Below are positions 46,680-62,146 of a stretch of 64,000 bases of DNA, piece by piece; the first letter of the stretch is position 1, and each line of letters opens with the position of its first letter. The position numbers and the translations under genes were made by a program. Below the pieces are notes generated by a model, which was given only the letters and a program-made list of their open reading frames with translations, made no database searches and was not told the DNA's origin. Origin of the DNA: the human T2T-CHM13v2.0 reference genome, Homo sapiens; the NCBI RefSeq assembly GCF_009914755.1, contig NC_060942.1. One strand, 5' to 3'.

Positions 46680-47125
46680 TCAATTTGGTTAGAGATTACA
46701 TAAATCCCTATATGAGATTATAATACTCTCTGCATTGCAGAAATTGAAGGCTAAAATCATCTGTCTAAAAAAACTAATTTTTGAATATTCATCAAAAGCA
46801 AAATGTCAGACGCTTTTTTTCCCCAGGACAAGAAAGAACACTTCTTTTCTATTCTCCTTTTCCACTGTCTCCCAGTGAAAACAAACAAACTAGTAAAAAG
46901 GGACATGACAGAGACTTTCAAAAAAAATACATACAGATGTGGCTAGAGAGGGACGGAAGACAGACACAGAAAGACAGACAGACACACACACACGAAAACT
47001 GTCGAAGTTCTATTCTCAGAGGAAGAAACTTTACTGACAGGCAACGGCATAACTGGGGAATATTCATAGGGGTCTTACAGCTTTAGCAAGCTACATTATA
47101 TCAAAACATATCTTAAAATTGTTTG

Positions 47126-47435
47126 GGCCAGGCACAGTGGCTCACACCTATAATTCCAACACTCTGGGAGGCCGATGTGGGCCGATCACTTGAGGTCAGG
47201 AGTTAGGGACTAGCCTGGCCAATACGGTGAAAACCCATCTCTACTAAAAATACAAAAATAAGGCGGGTATGGTGGTGCCAACCTGTAATTCCAGCTACTT
47301 GGGAGGCTGAGGCAGGCGTGACAATCACTTGAACCCAGGAGATGGAGGTTGCAGTGAGCTGAGATGGTGCCACTGCACTCCAGCCTGGGTGACAGAGCAA
47401 GGCTCTGTCTTAAATAATAAAAACAACAACAAAAA
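47126..47435 (+). mobile_element. AluS
   Basis: Full-length sense Alu with (AAT/AAC)n tail. Confidence 0.88.
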
Positions 47436-48698
47436 TTACATGTTACAATTGCTTGGAGAATTAAAAAAACAAAACAAGGCAAAACAAAAAAACCTAGAAT
47501 TTGGCTCAAGGTCTGTGAAATAAATCCCAAGTTCTTGCAGAGTGAATGAGGGCTTCCCATGAATTTTTGTACCCTGTTCCTAAACCTGTATTCTCCTAGA
47601 TCTAGGCTAACAGAGAAACTGCTCACTTGGATTGTTTCTCCAGGTAATGTGTGTATTACTTACATTTACTTGTCATTTCTGCCTCTTCCAATAAACTCTA
47701 CTAGACTAAGTCACCAATATTTAAAACAAAGGTGTAACTTTTATATTTTACCTACATTTTGTATTTCGCATTCCCTCGCATATAATTTTTTAAACTGAAC
47801 ATTTAAGAGGATTACAGAAAGAATGTGACCTATTTAACTTAGTCCCTAGAATGAACCATTGGCCATAACACACTTTAAATTTCTTGCAAAATATAAAGCA
47901 AACAAACAATGAAGAGACAGGGAAGAGGCATAATGAGCTTCCTGTGACCCTGGAAAGGAAAGACTTCAGGAACACATGGTCCTGAGCCTCTGGCCATGCA
48001 GTCTGCCACATCACACCTTCAGTTCCTCTAAGGGAGAGGGAAGACAAAAGATGACACTAGTCATGGAAAGAAAATTTTCCCTTAGAAGAAAATCATACAG
48101 GGGCCACAGGCCAAACTGAGAAATACTAAGAGTTCAGTTTTAAAAGGAAGGTTAAAAAAAAATGCTGATGAATTGAGGACGGATGCACATGGCACTCAGC
48201 CCAGCCTATAGGCATCCTGACATGTCTGCTAAACTCCCTCCTGATTCCTGAGCAAGCTTTACTCTCGTGGGCCAACCCTCCAGCCTTATACAGAAAGTAA
48301 TCCTCCTAATTTTTGCCAGAAAGACCACGTACTCAGTGGACAATCAATTTTCTACAACTTCAGGGCCCTATATTCATGTCTAAGGCCCAGTGCTTTCCAG
48401 AAGGGCAGCTGGGCCCCAGTTCCACAAATGTTTCTGTAACTTTACAGATGAGAAAACTGGTGCAGTGTGATGATCGCACCCTGGCAGCTCAGAAAACAGG
48501 GCGGCCTGATAACTCCCAACCTCTTAATTTGAAATTAGAGCCTTTAAGGGCACACTACCTCAAAGCCACTCCATAAAGAGGTGTCAATTAAGACCTTAAG
48601 TGAGGGTATAAGGGTCTGACATTACAGAACATACCTGTTACCTGCACAAGATCCCTAAAGAATGTAAATATCCTGAAATGGCTACACGGTAAGTTTTA

Positions 48699-49025
<327 letters not shown>

Positions 49026-51851
49026 TCAAACCAAATAACACATCCGCTAAAAAGAACGGATGGACCTACAATCAGGCATAACTTTTCTTAGATAGGGTTT
49101 AGAATCATATCATAAATGACATGAAAGATAACCTAATATAGTACCAGTGAGAAATTAACTGTGAATATAGTAAATACGTCACAAAATCACCACGGTCATT
49201 CACAATAATGCAAACATTTCAACTGTGGCCTTTCTGATTTTTAATTAAAGGAGTAAAATAGTTATAAGTATTTATTTACATTTCCATGATGAAAATGACA
49301 GGGTAATTAAGAAAATCTGCTGTTTGGAAACCTTTGATCCTAACGTCCTAGAAAAAGCTGTGGCACTTTATACATCCTGTAGAAAATTACTGTAGTCCAA
49401 GGCTATATTCTTTAAAACCAAATCTTTTCTAAGTTCGCCTATTACCTCACAAAGAAGGAAGGAGAAATTAAACGAGCAAATTCTCTAGAGGCAAGACCCA
49501 CCTAGAAAAAGAAATGTATTCAGAAATAAACTGGATGTAACTGTTATTCCAGGAGCTAAAGATGAGGTTACTGAATATTTTCATTTTTCAAGATAAGGCA
49601 CAGAAGCCAGGTTTCAGAAGGTGATCAAGGGAAACCTTATGCAATGAAGTGTAAATTTGAGAAAGAATAATCATGAATGGCACAGCACCTTAAGTCTCAC
49701 AGTCCCCAATGCTTACTACTCTATACCCTTTGAATAGGTATTTAATGTCACATTTGAGATATTGAGAATTTTCAAATTCACTTATTTTATTCAAAAAGCC
49801 AGTATTTTTATGTGAATTAAAAAAACAGTGACCCAGAGGTTTACTGGCTCTTTCAAACAAATCTCATCTTTGAGCAGTAGGTGGCAGCAGACTACAGATT
49901 ATGTTTTAACTAGGTAACAGTTTCAAAACCTGTTTCCCATTTGAATCAACAAAAAAATTCAGGTTTTTGGATATTTTTTCCTCTTAATAGCCATGCACAC
50001 TCATACCCACAAAATTGAGATTAACTGGACTGACAGAATGTTCTCACTGGAAACACAAAGTCAGCAGAACTGTTGTTATACTGGGAGTGAGGGGCAAGGC
50101 CAACCCTTCTGTGTTCACCACACCTGTCTCCTCTTTCTCCGGGGCACACGGCGAGGCCCCCTTGCAGTCAGGTGGGGCCACGTGAGCACATGACTGAGCC
50201 GTGAATATGGACGGAAGGCATACATGGTGCCCCTCCCCAGGGGCCCTCTCCTATGCGATGCTCATTCCTTTCTCTGCTGCCAGTAAACTCTGGACTCTGA
50301 GACCCTATGGGGATGGGAGAGCCTCAAGGTGAAAGGAGCCTGTGTTCCTGAATCCCTGTGGGCAAGGCCTCCCCCTAAACACCAACACAGAGCATTCTTC
50401 ACAGGGGCAAGAAACAAAATTCCATCGTGGTAGGCCAACGAGATCAGGAGTTCCACCTCTACAGCAGCTAGTGTTACCCCAACCAGTAACAACAACATCT
50501 ACACACATGGGGATGCCGTCTGACTCAGGATGCCACCAAATACAAAAGTGTGTGATTTATATTAAAGTTTAGTGATAATTACAAATACTGTAAATTTGGT
50601 AATGAAGATGCTAAGGATCATGACATGACTAATGCTTACATGGATTACAAGAGTCTCACTCACTATCTTTAAATATTTATGAAATGTTTCAAGAAATAGT
50701 TAATGAGGTAAGAAGCTTACTTAGTGCATGGACAGTGACTGTGAACAGTTAAATTACAGTAGAGTGGAGTAAGGTATCATCACCTTAGTTACTCTCCTCA
50801 CTTTTTAAAAGAGAAACTAAGACATATACCGAAGGAATACCAATATAAATAAATGATTAAGGCCTGGGAAATGTGGGGGGAAAAGTGGTAATTCTATGAC
50901 AGCTTATATTTGAACTTTCCTACTGTTAAAATAAAGCCGTTTCAGTTTTTTCACCTTAAAAAAATCCAACTATTACTTCAAATGAAGTAGATATGTTGAG
51001 ATAAATTTAGGACAGAGCTAGAAAGGAGTTTTAAGAACTTTCCCAAAATACCTGTAAAAAATTTAAATAGCTTTATATCAATCCCATCTTTCTATTCCAA
51101 ATAAAAAACAAAATATACTTTTCAGTAATTCATTTACAAGTGTTTAATTATGTGTGCCTATGGCTCAGTATATTCAAGTCATACTTTCCGTGGAGAAAAG
51201 TTGTTTTTTTGTAACCACAGAGTAGCAGTTTAACAGAATTCCCCTAAGAGTAGAAATGAACTTGGGAAGGCAGTCCAAGTGTATCATATTTGAGGCCCAT
51301 ATTTGAAGTAATTCAAAGGGAAAATGGTGCGGGACAGTGAGGGAGGCTGGGTGGCAGCTGTGGAGCTGCAGGGGATGTGGGGACACGGGGCGCGGGGGCA
51401 GTGCCCCACCAGACCCAGACCCGGTTCAGAAAAGGCTCAGGATCTCAGACTCCCAAGAAGTGAACACATTCTTTGGAAAACATTTTCAAATAAAGATGTG
51501 TTTCTTTTAAAACACATAATAAAATAAATGCTAAAAAATTTTCCCAAGCATGTTGAGTTTGTATTAACCACTACAGGAAATGCTAATCAGAAGTCATATA
51601 CCCTTATGTAGGTTTAACTAGTATATCTCTCCTCATTGTATTGAAAATGTCTTCGTAAGTAATTATTAATTTCAAGTCACTATATTGAAATAAGACACGC
51701 ACTATTTCTAAATTTTCCAAAACCTGAAGCCATCATCAGATTTAGCTAAAGGACACCATCATCTTGTTCCTTTTTCCTGAGATGAAATGTTTTACTCTAG
51801 AAATAACTAGACTATTTCAGAGCTGTCCTTCAATAAATAAGGACCACTCTA

Positions 51852-51956
<105 letters not shown>

Positions 51957-52564
51957 TTAAAAAAAAAATCAGAGGTAAGAATTTAGTTATTCTTCATTTA
52001 CAGCTCTGCAAAACACACGCACGTTTGCAAACAGTAAGACTGACAAGCAGGATTTGAATAGGGTTTTAATTTTAAAGGTGTCAACCAGCCTTTTTACTTA
52101 GGTTGGTTCCCAGCCATCCATGCCAATAGAAGAGAAGTTCAGTGCTCCATACATATACTTTGATTTTACTCATTCTCTCATTTGCTGTTAATTGAGTAAT
52201 ACTAGCCCCTAAATAATTTATATTTTAATGGTGAAGTCTTTTTTGTATTTATAGGTCTAAGAACAAGCATGACCAAACTTAAGGCAACCACCTGCATTGG
52301 GAACGAGGGCATTACTCTAAAACCATGAAGGCAAGGTTGTCTGGGCACAGGATATTCACATGGTGCCCAAGTATCCACCCTGCATTACCTTCTAACTACA
52401 AAAGGACAAAAAATACTTCACAATGGATAGATGTGGCAGATAACATCTTAAACAATAATCACGTTCAGCATTACTATTAGTGGTCATCATGAGATACAAT
52501 ATGAGTACCCAATACATGCAATAAAGTAATCTTCAATTCAAACAATAACTCTAAGCCTCTAGAC

Positions 52565-52847
52565 CTGTACTGCCCACTCTAGTGACCACCAGCCACATGT
52601 GGCTACTGAGCATTTAAACTGTTGCTAAAGTGAGGTACACAAAATGTTAAAAATGCGTAAAACACACTAAGATACTTCCTTAATAATTTTATATTGATTA
52701 CATATTAAAATTATATTTTGGATTTATTGGCTTAGATGAAATATATCACTAAACTTAATTTCACCTTATTTTACTTCCTTAAAAGTGGCAATGAGATGAT
52801 TCAAAATTACACATGTGATTCATATTCCATTTCTAGTGGACAGTAAG
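52565..52847. mobile_element. MER33-like hAT-Charlie DNA transposon
   Basis: CCAGCCACATGTGGCTACTGAGCA and TAATAATTTTATATTGATTACAT...CTAGTGGACAG; flanking CTCTAGAC/TTCTAGAG resemble an 8-bp hAT TSD. Confidence 0.75.
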
Positions 52848-53960
52848 TTCTAGAGCTAACTCCCAGTTAAGAAAATATAGGAATGTCACCTTCAAAAAAA
52901 CAATCAGACAAATCCAGAACGTGAGAGAGCCTAGAAGACACTGGCTGAGCTCTTTAAAAGGTTACTATCACGGGTGTAGAGAGGGCATGAGGGTGTGGAT
53001 GGGTGTAGGAGAGAGAGTTCTAAAATAAAAAAGATTACAAGAAACATAAAAATCAAATGCAACATGTGAAACCTGATGCAATTTTGGCTTGGGAAACAGG
53101 CCAGCTAAAAAAATATTCTTGGTACAATTAGGGAAATGTAAACATGAATTCTTCAAGATGACAATAGTACTGGGGCTATGCAGAGAATGTTCACATTCTT
53201 AGAAGGTATATCCTGGCATATCTAAGAGTGAAATGTCATGCCTGCAATTTGTTTTCAAATGTTTTATTAATAAAACACTGTATGTGGATGAATGGAGAGA
53301 TGTAGGGAGAGAGGGGTTGAGGAGAGAGGGAGGGCAAAAATGTATAATAAAAAGTAGAGGGGAAAAAGAATGAGGCCAAAAGAATAGTAAAAACCACTCA
53401 GGGTTCCTGTCTCTAGTCAGATCCTGCACTGTGTGCTAAGAACAGGAGTCATTAGTTCCAAAAACAAAGCATTCATCCTAAAAGAACTGGATTTCCCCCC
53501 TTAACATTTCTTAGAGCATAACAAGTGGCTACAGGCCTTTGGTGGAAGAGCAGGTGCCAAGTTAAGCCACCATTCGCTAGATGGTTTTATCTGACCACCA
53601 ACACCTTCGACAGTCACATTCTTTCATTTTAGATAAATTATTTCTGAGTGAACTTGAAGGTCCATACCTAATATATATTAAGTTGGTTTATAATTACCTA
53701 ATCTTTGGTGCTAGAATTTTTTTTTAATTGAAATAGGTAATTGGCTATATATGATGTTGGGTAATTTTAGAGAAGGTTTCACACTTTCCTAAAAATAGGA
53801 TCCAAGGCCAGAGTTCAGAATATGTATGTTCTGACCCACTGTACCAAGTATCGATGGTTGGCTTTTTATTTTCAAATAGTAAGGATGTTCTGATTTATTA
53901 AACTTGTGTTCCAAAAGTGAGGAAGAACTGTTGAACCAAGAGTTGGATGTTTTCTCTACT

Positions 53961-54380
53961 TATTTTGAGACAGGGTCTCACTCTGTCACATGGGTTAGAG
54001 TGCAGTGGTGCAATCACAGCTCACTGCAGTCGTGACCTCCCTGGGCTCAGGTGATTAGAATAACTTCTTAAGGTAATTTTTATTTTTTCTTATTATTTTT
54101 GAGACAGGGTCTCACTCTATCACCCAGGCTGGAATGGAGTGGCTTCATCTTGGCTCATTGCAACCTCTGCCCCAGGGCTCAAGCGATCTTCCCACCTCAG
54201 CCTCCCAAGTAGCTGGGACCACAGATGAACGCCACCATGCCAGGCTCAGTTTTTTATGTTTGATAGAGACAGGGTTTCACTATGTTGCCCAGGCTGATCT
54301 CGAAATCCTGAGCTCAAGTGATCTGTCCACCTCAGCTTCCTAAGTACTGGGATTACAGGTGTGAGCCACTGCACCTAGCC
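53961..54380 (-). mobile_element. Alu fragment (53961-54055) plus AluJ (54077-54380)
   Basis: Two antisense Alu segments. Confidence 0.85.
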
Positions 54381-54761
54381 TTCTACCTATTTTAGAGGGA
54401 AATAATCAGCAAAAGAAAGCACATACTCATAATCATAATTAGTATGCATTGATTTTTATCTGATATTACTGCTAAAAAACCTACCTAATTTAGCCTCAGC
54501 TAAGATGTTTCAAGTGAAAACATTTTTTCTCTATTCTAATTTTTTAAGATTCTACTTCACTTTACTGACATACCTTATCAATAAAGTGGTTAATTTTACT
54601 CATCAATTGATTACAACTCATTATTTGTTTTCTCAGTAAATGCTTCTCAAGAACCCACTGAGTAGCAACAGTCAAGAGACAGCAGTGTGCAAGTCAGGCC
54701 CTGCTCCAACTGGACTTTCCAGGGGGACGCCATGGAAAGCAATTGTAAGAAAGTGAGTGAC

Positions 54762-55120
<359 letters not shown>

Positions 55121-55123
55121 TTA

Positions 55124-55537
<414 letters not shown>

Positions 55538-55731
55538 CTAAAAAAGTTAAATTGTTTAAAAATTAAACTACTTTCAGAGTATTTGTTATAATCTATTTCC
55601 TAAGCTGGCAATGTGTTCATTCTATTTTTAACTTAACACATTCATTAAATATCTTAGTTTGTACATGTAAAAATTCCATAATAAAGTGAGAAAAACTAAT
55701 AATTGCCTTTTGTTCAATATCATGATACTTA

Positions 55732-56032
<301 letters not shown>

Positions 56033-56371
56033 GGTGTATGTTAAATGTTCTACTGTGAAGTTATACTGGAGAAGACTGAGGAAACTGACAATTTTCAGTT
56101 ACTAAGAAGTAGAAAATACTCATTCTGGGGGAGAAAACTAAATGAAAATTTCACCCTCCTTGGACCACATCAAGGCTCTGTTAAAACAGTGTAAAAGTGG
56201 CAAGTCTAAATTCGATCACAAATATATGCAAAATGTATATTTTAAAAACCTAAATTCAACAGAAGATCTAAACATTTTCTCTCTCAAGAAATTTATCTTC
56301 TCAGTTCTTTCTTCTTTCATTATGAGCTGGAAAAAAAGGTTTAACAATTTCTTGTTTAAAATTTCAGTGTT

Positions 56372-56680
56372 GGCTGGGGATGGCAGCTCACGCCTGTAAT
56401 CCCAGCACTCTGGGAGGCCAAGGCAGGAGGATCTCTTGAGCCCAGGAGTTTGCGATCAGGCCAAGCTGATATAGCGAGACCTTGTCTCTACAAAAAATAA
56501 AAACTAAAAAATTAACTGGGTGTGGTAGCACACACCTGCAGTCTCAGCTACTTGAAAGTCTGGTGTGGGAGAATTACCTGAGCACAGGAGGTTAAGGCTG
56601 CAGTGAGTTGTGGCTGCACCACTGCTCTCCAGCATGGGTGACAGAGCAAGAACTCTGTCTCCAAAAAATAAAAAACAAAA
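56372..56680 (+). mobile_element. AluJ
   Basis: Diverged sense Alu flanked by AAAAT(T)TCAGTGT direct repeats. Confidence 0.88.
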
Positions 56681-56946
56681 ATTCAGTGTGAAAATTTCAG
56701 TTTAAGATGCCTTTTAAAATGTCCTTATAATAATTAACAATCATTATTATTCAGTAAATAGAAATATACACAAAATACTACTGAAATCCTTCGGTTGCAA
56801 ATATATAGTCCAAATGTTACAAAAAATGTTAACTTTGAATTTACTTTTATGACATGAGGGCACTATCATTTACATTCATGAGAGCTCAGTCAGAAATTGC
56901 CTCCTTTACTTATGGGCAGAGGAATTCGTCACTTGTTTAATCATTA

Positions 56947-57150
<204 letters not shown>

Positions 57151-57539
57151 TCAGTCTTGCTGAGCCTGACAGATTAAAAGAAACAAATCTGAATATCTTG
57201 ACTTTATCCTGCATATATAAAAACTCTATGGAAGGGAGCATCAATTATTTCTTCCACTTGAGTTCTTTAATAATAATAATAAAAATGACACCAACTAGTA
57301 TTTAAGAGGACTTACCAGGTCCTTTGTAAACAAACACTGTAGATTCATAATCTCATTTGCTTTTCACAAGAAATCAATGAGAAAGAAGATAATTTTGTAG
57401 GAAAGGAAAAGCAGGCAAATTAACATAACACCTGAGAATCTGATTGCAGAATAAACAGTTATGACTATACTTTTTTTCACTATATTATTCATTTACAGCC
57501 AACAGTTGACACTAAAAGATGAGAATTTTTAAGAATTGC

Positions 57540-57850
57540 AGATGAGTGGGCACAATGTCTCATGTCTGTAATCCCAGTGCTTTGGGAGGCCAAGGCGAGA
57601 GGATCACCTGAGGCCAGGAGTTCAAGAATAGCCTGGGCAAAATAGCGAGACTCTGTCTCTACAAAAAATTTAAAACTTAGCTGAGCACAGTGGTGCGTGC
57701 CTGTAGTCCCAGTCACTCAGGAGGCTGAGGTGGGAGGATCACTCGAGCCCAGGGGTTTAAGGCTGCAGTGAGCTATGAGTGTGCCACTGCACTCCAGGCT
57801 GGGAAAACAGAGCGAGACCTTGTCTCTACTAAAAAGAAAAAGAAAAAAAA
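57540..57850 (+). mobile_element. AluJ
   Basis: Diverged sense Alu with J-type GGCTGCAGTGAGCTATGA. Confidence 0.88.
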
Positions 57851-58102
57851 TAACTGTAGATGGCTAAATTCCATGCTGATTATACAGATCTACAACTGGC
57901 CAACACTGTTAGAGTAAGTCAGATCAAATTTAGAAACAAAATAATTATTGAGAGAAAAGATTCATATTTATGTTACAAGTAAACATTCAGTTCCTTGGCT
58001 GTGTGAGAGAAATGGGAAATATCATTACTACAGATTAACAGAAAAGCTAATTAATACATCTCCTTCCTCTTTCAAGAAACCAAGAAATTTCAAAGATACT
58101 TA

Positions 58103-58402
<300 letters not shown>

Positions 58403-59143
58403 TCACATATGGAATAAATAGGGGGAGGACAAAAGAGAAATGTGATTTCTCTTTTTTCCATCCCTTAAGGGTGATTCAAAGGCTAAAAGAAAACTAAGGC
58501 TTTATGTCTATTTCATTCAATCCTTACAAAATGAGGTAATATTTCATTGTAGATTTTAAGTAATCAAGGATCCAGAGAAATTTAGTAACTTGCTCAAAGT
58601 CAAAAAGATAGGAAGTAGTTGGATTCAAAACAAGTAAGCCCTTATTCTTTCCACTGCTCTCCCCTTTCTACTGAATACATTTGAAAATGTATATTAGCTG
58701 AAGACAAACAAGATCTATGGCTCAAAATTTTAACAATACCCTAACCTCTTAAAACCTTGGGACTAATTTTCTTCTTTGTTTGGCCCAAGGATTATCTGAG
58801 AAGGTTTCCTTTACTTGGAATCTACAAGATGTGGAGATGTGAAGATGATACCAAAAATGACAAATGCTTTTAAGATTCATAAAAGGACCTTGGGTAGGGG
58901 GTTACACTACTGCTGATAAGATTTTAATCAATTTACTTGTTGGTTTCTCAGATTTTCAGTTACTATAACTACCTTGCCATATAACCTTGAAAACATCCCT
59001 CAGAAGCACTGTGGGCCCCCGTTTTCATCTTTACTTGGAAATTTATCATTTGTCCTGTCTACTTCAGAGTCAATGTGAGAGTTACATGGTGTAGCATGTT
59101 GAAATCTCTGAAAAGTAAAAAGAAAAGCACAAAGAAAGACTCT

Positions 59144-59437
59144 GGCCAGGTACAGTGGCTCATGCCTGTCATCCCAGCACTTCGGAAGGCCGAGGCGGGT
59201 GGATCACGAGGTCAGGGGTTCAAGACCAGCCTGGCCAAGATGGTGAAACCCTGTCTCTACTAAAAATACAAAAATTAGCCGGGTGTGGTGGCGGGCACCT
59301 GTAATCCCAGCTACTTGGGAGGCTAAGGCAGAGAACTGCTTGAACCCAGGAGGCAGAGGTTGCAGTGAGCGGAGATCGCACCACTGCACTCCAGCCTAGG
59401 TGACAGAGAGAGACTCCATCCCAAAAACAAACAAAAC
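59144..59437 (+). mobile_element. AluS (Sg-like)
   Basis: GGATCACGAGGTCAG; sense Alu with short AAAC tail. Confidence 0.88.
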
Positions 59438-60925
59438 TCTGCAAAGCATAAAGCGCCATATTATACAAGTTTAAAGGCTTCTTATAGAAAATTCAATGTT
59501 CTAATAGGACAGATAATAAATGTAAATGAGAATATCCACATCACTTAGTTTGCTGGACTAAACACAGGGATAGAAAACCAGGTTCTTTTTTAATATTACT
59601 CTTCTTCCTTTATATCTTAACTTAACATACTCTTATTTACCACTAACTCTGACATGTAATAGTTTTTCCACATAGCTTAATCTTTTAATTTAAGGTTTTC
59701 CTAACTCTGGTCTTCTTTCTCTAGGGCCTTACTCTGGCATACCACTCATTGAAGGGGAGAAAACATATACCTGAGAAAGACATCTAGGAAAAAGTACTCT
59801 ATTTCTCAATAAAGGAATATCAAAAGGCAAATTTTCCCCTGAGAAAGGGAAAATCAGGTTTGTGAATGGTCTTTATTTGCCCACTCTGAAAGGACACATC
59901 AGCTTGACCCATCACTATCCATACGTGAAAGTGGTCTGAAAAGAACAATGTAAAAGTCACACAAATTTCTAACCGGAATTTTTATATTACAAATATTTTA
60001 CTTTTGGGACATATTTCACTGCAGTATAAAAGGTAAGCCAAGAAGAATTCAGCAAAGCAAACAGGATTTAGTAAAATATTGAAAAAGCGATCAGGTACCA
60101 CCTGAATTCACAGCCCCAGGAAGACAAGAGGTGGCCTTTTTTGGTCATATCCTGACAAAAATACAGCCCATTAGTCTAGGCCCACTACAGTGACAGAAAA
60201 GATTTATGCTGAGATCCCTTTCAGTCCTAAGATTCCTTTATTAAAATAGAAATTCCAGAAACCTTTTAGGAACTTTCAAAATGGCAGGTATGCCTTAGAA
60301 CAGGGACCTGCAAGGCAAACCATGACAGAGTAACAAACTAAGCACGTGACGTGAGGCTATAGTGGAGCGTACACAGTAGAATGTGAAGAAAACAGCACAA
60401 GCACTGATTCTGTTTTGCTAATACATCAGAACTGAGCAAAAGATGTAAACGGTGACTTTCAGTCAGGGCTGGGGGCTCGGAGGCTGAGGTTCACAGCCAG
60501 TGTGAACAGGGCACTCCAGCCCTCACAGATGTGCTACAACATCACATCTTTCAAATTCCGCATCATTTTCTAAGCCTAACATTTTTCCAATTCAAAAGCT
60601 AACGGAGGTTACATGGATGTATATGACTGCCAAAATGCACTGAACTGCACACTTACGGTCTGTGAATATTGCTGTATGTAAATTATACCTCAGTTTTTTT
60701 TTTGTTTTGTTTTTTAGAGAAACAAATCAATAAGCATTTTTTATTAACTTTTTTGACAAACCGATAGTAAAACATATGCTACCTAACGGTAACTGTGTCC
60801 CTTTATGTATGAGTCTAAGATAAATATTATTCAGATTTTTATCTGGACAAGAAATTCAAAGGCTCCTTAAGAAGTAAGAAAGGAAATACCATGGTCACTA
60901 ATGTAACCAGACTAAATATAAAAGC

Positions 60926-60928
<3 letters not shown>

Positions 60929-60962
<34 letters not shown>
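60929..60962. repeat. (GT)17 microsatellite
   Basis: Perfect dinucleotide run, 34 nt. Confidence 0.97.
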
Positions 60963-60964
<2 letters not shown>

Positions 60965-61834
60965 ATAAATCAATGTTTTGATCAATGTAACTAATCTGAG
61001 GTTACAATAACTCACTGCTTCAAATAATATTTCAATTACATTTAACAGATTAAGATACTGTTTAGGGGAAGACAGCCTCAGAAAGAAGTATTAACAAAAA
61101 GGCATATTAATCATTACCTTTAATCAAACTAAGTATCAACCTTTCCCCCAACCCATAAAGACTTCATGTCTCTAAATGGTTCCTAAATCATGGAATATAA
61201 CTTGAAAAATTTTAAATACATCTCCCAGTATCAGATGTTTATGTACTCCATGTGGGTCCAACTTTCACTGCCCAGAGTTTCTTGTCATGGTAGTGTAACA
61301 TGATGAGTCTGGTTGCCAGATCTTTTTGTTTTTATTTGTAACAGAGCTAAACCTTTTAACAATTATATTAACTACAACTAAGTTATTTGCTAATGGTAGT
61401 AGAATGATATATATGCTTTATTAACGAAAATAGTACTTCTGTAAATTTTTCTTTGTAAGAATTCCGCAAATGCCAAGGAAAAGAAAAGACTCAAGGGGTT
61501 TGGGAAATAAACCCCTTTTAATTTTAAATCTATGTAAGTTTAATTTATTCCCAAACTTTCTAAGTTCTTCCAGAGTTCTGGCCTTCAGAATATTTCCTAA
61601 TTTTTCTTCTTAAGCTCTGCACTGCATCAAAACCTATCCAAACGATCTAATTCTGTGTTACCTATATTTAAAATAAATAAAGCACAATATATAATCAACA
61701 CTGTATCACTAGAATTGTGAAGCTCTTCATGACTTTAAAAAAAAAAACTCCAAAACAAGCTATTTTATTTAACATGTAATAGTCATAAAGCAACTCCATA
61801 TATTTAGTTTTCTGATATCCTAATGTATTTCCAC

Positions 61835-61838
<4 letters not shown>

Positions 61839-61866
<28 letters not shown>

Positions 61867-62146
61867 GAGTCGGAGTCTGGCTCTGTCGCCCAGGCTGGAG
61901 TGCAGTGGCGCAATCTCAGCTCACTGCCAGCTCCGCCTCTTAGGTTCACGCCATTCTCCTGCCTCAGCCTCCTGAGTAGCTGGGACTACAGGCACCCACC
62001 ACTACGCCCAGCTAATTTTTGTATTTCTAGTAGAGACGGGGTTTCACCGTGTTAGCCAGGATGGTCTCGATCTCCTGACCTCGTGATCTGCCCGCCTCGG
62101 CCTCCCAAAGTGCTGGGATTACAGGCATGAGCCACCGCGCCCGGCC
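61839..62146 (-). mobile_element. AluY inserted in the CHORDC1 retrocopy 3'UTR
   Basis: Y-diagnostics (GGTTCACGCCATTCTC, CCGTGTTAGCCAGGATGG); ~28-nt T-tail; TCCACAAAC duplicated at 61830 and 62147. Confidence 0.93.

Noticed and set aside
59760-59800. AG|GT recursive-splice-like motif on the minus strand (tttctcAG|GTATAT) in LPIN2 intron 4
   Set aside because: A single short motif with a weak donor; such matches occur by chance and nothing else supports it.
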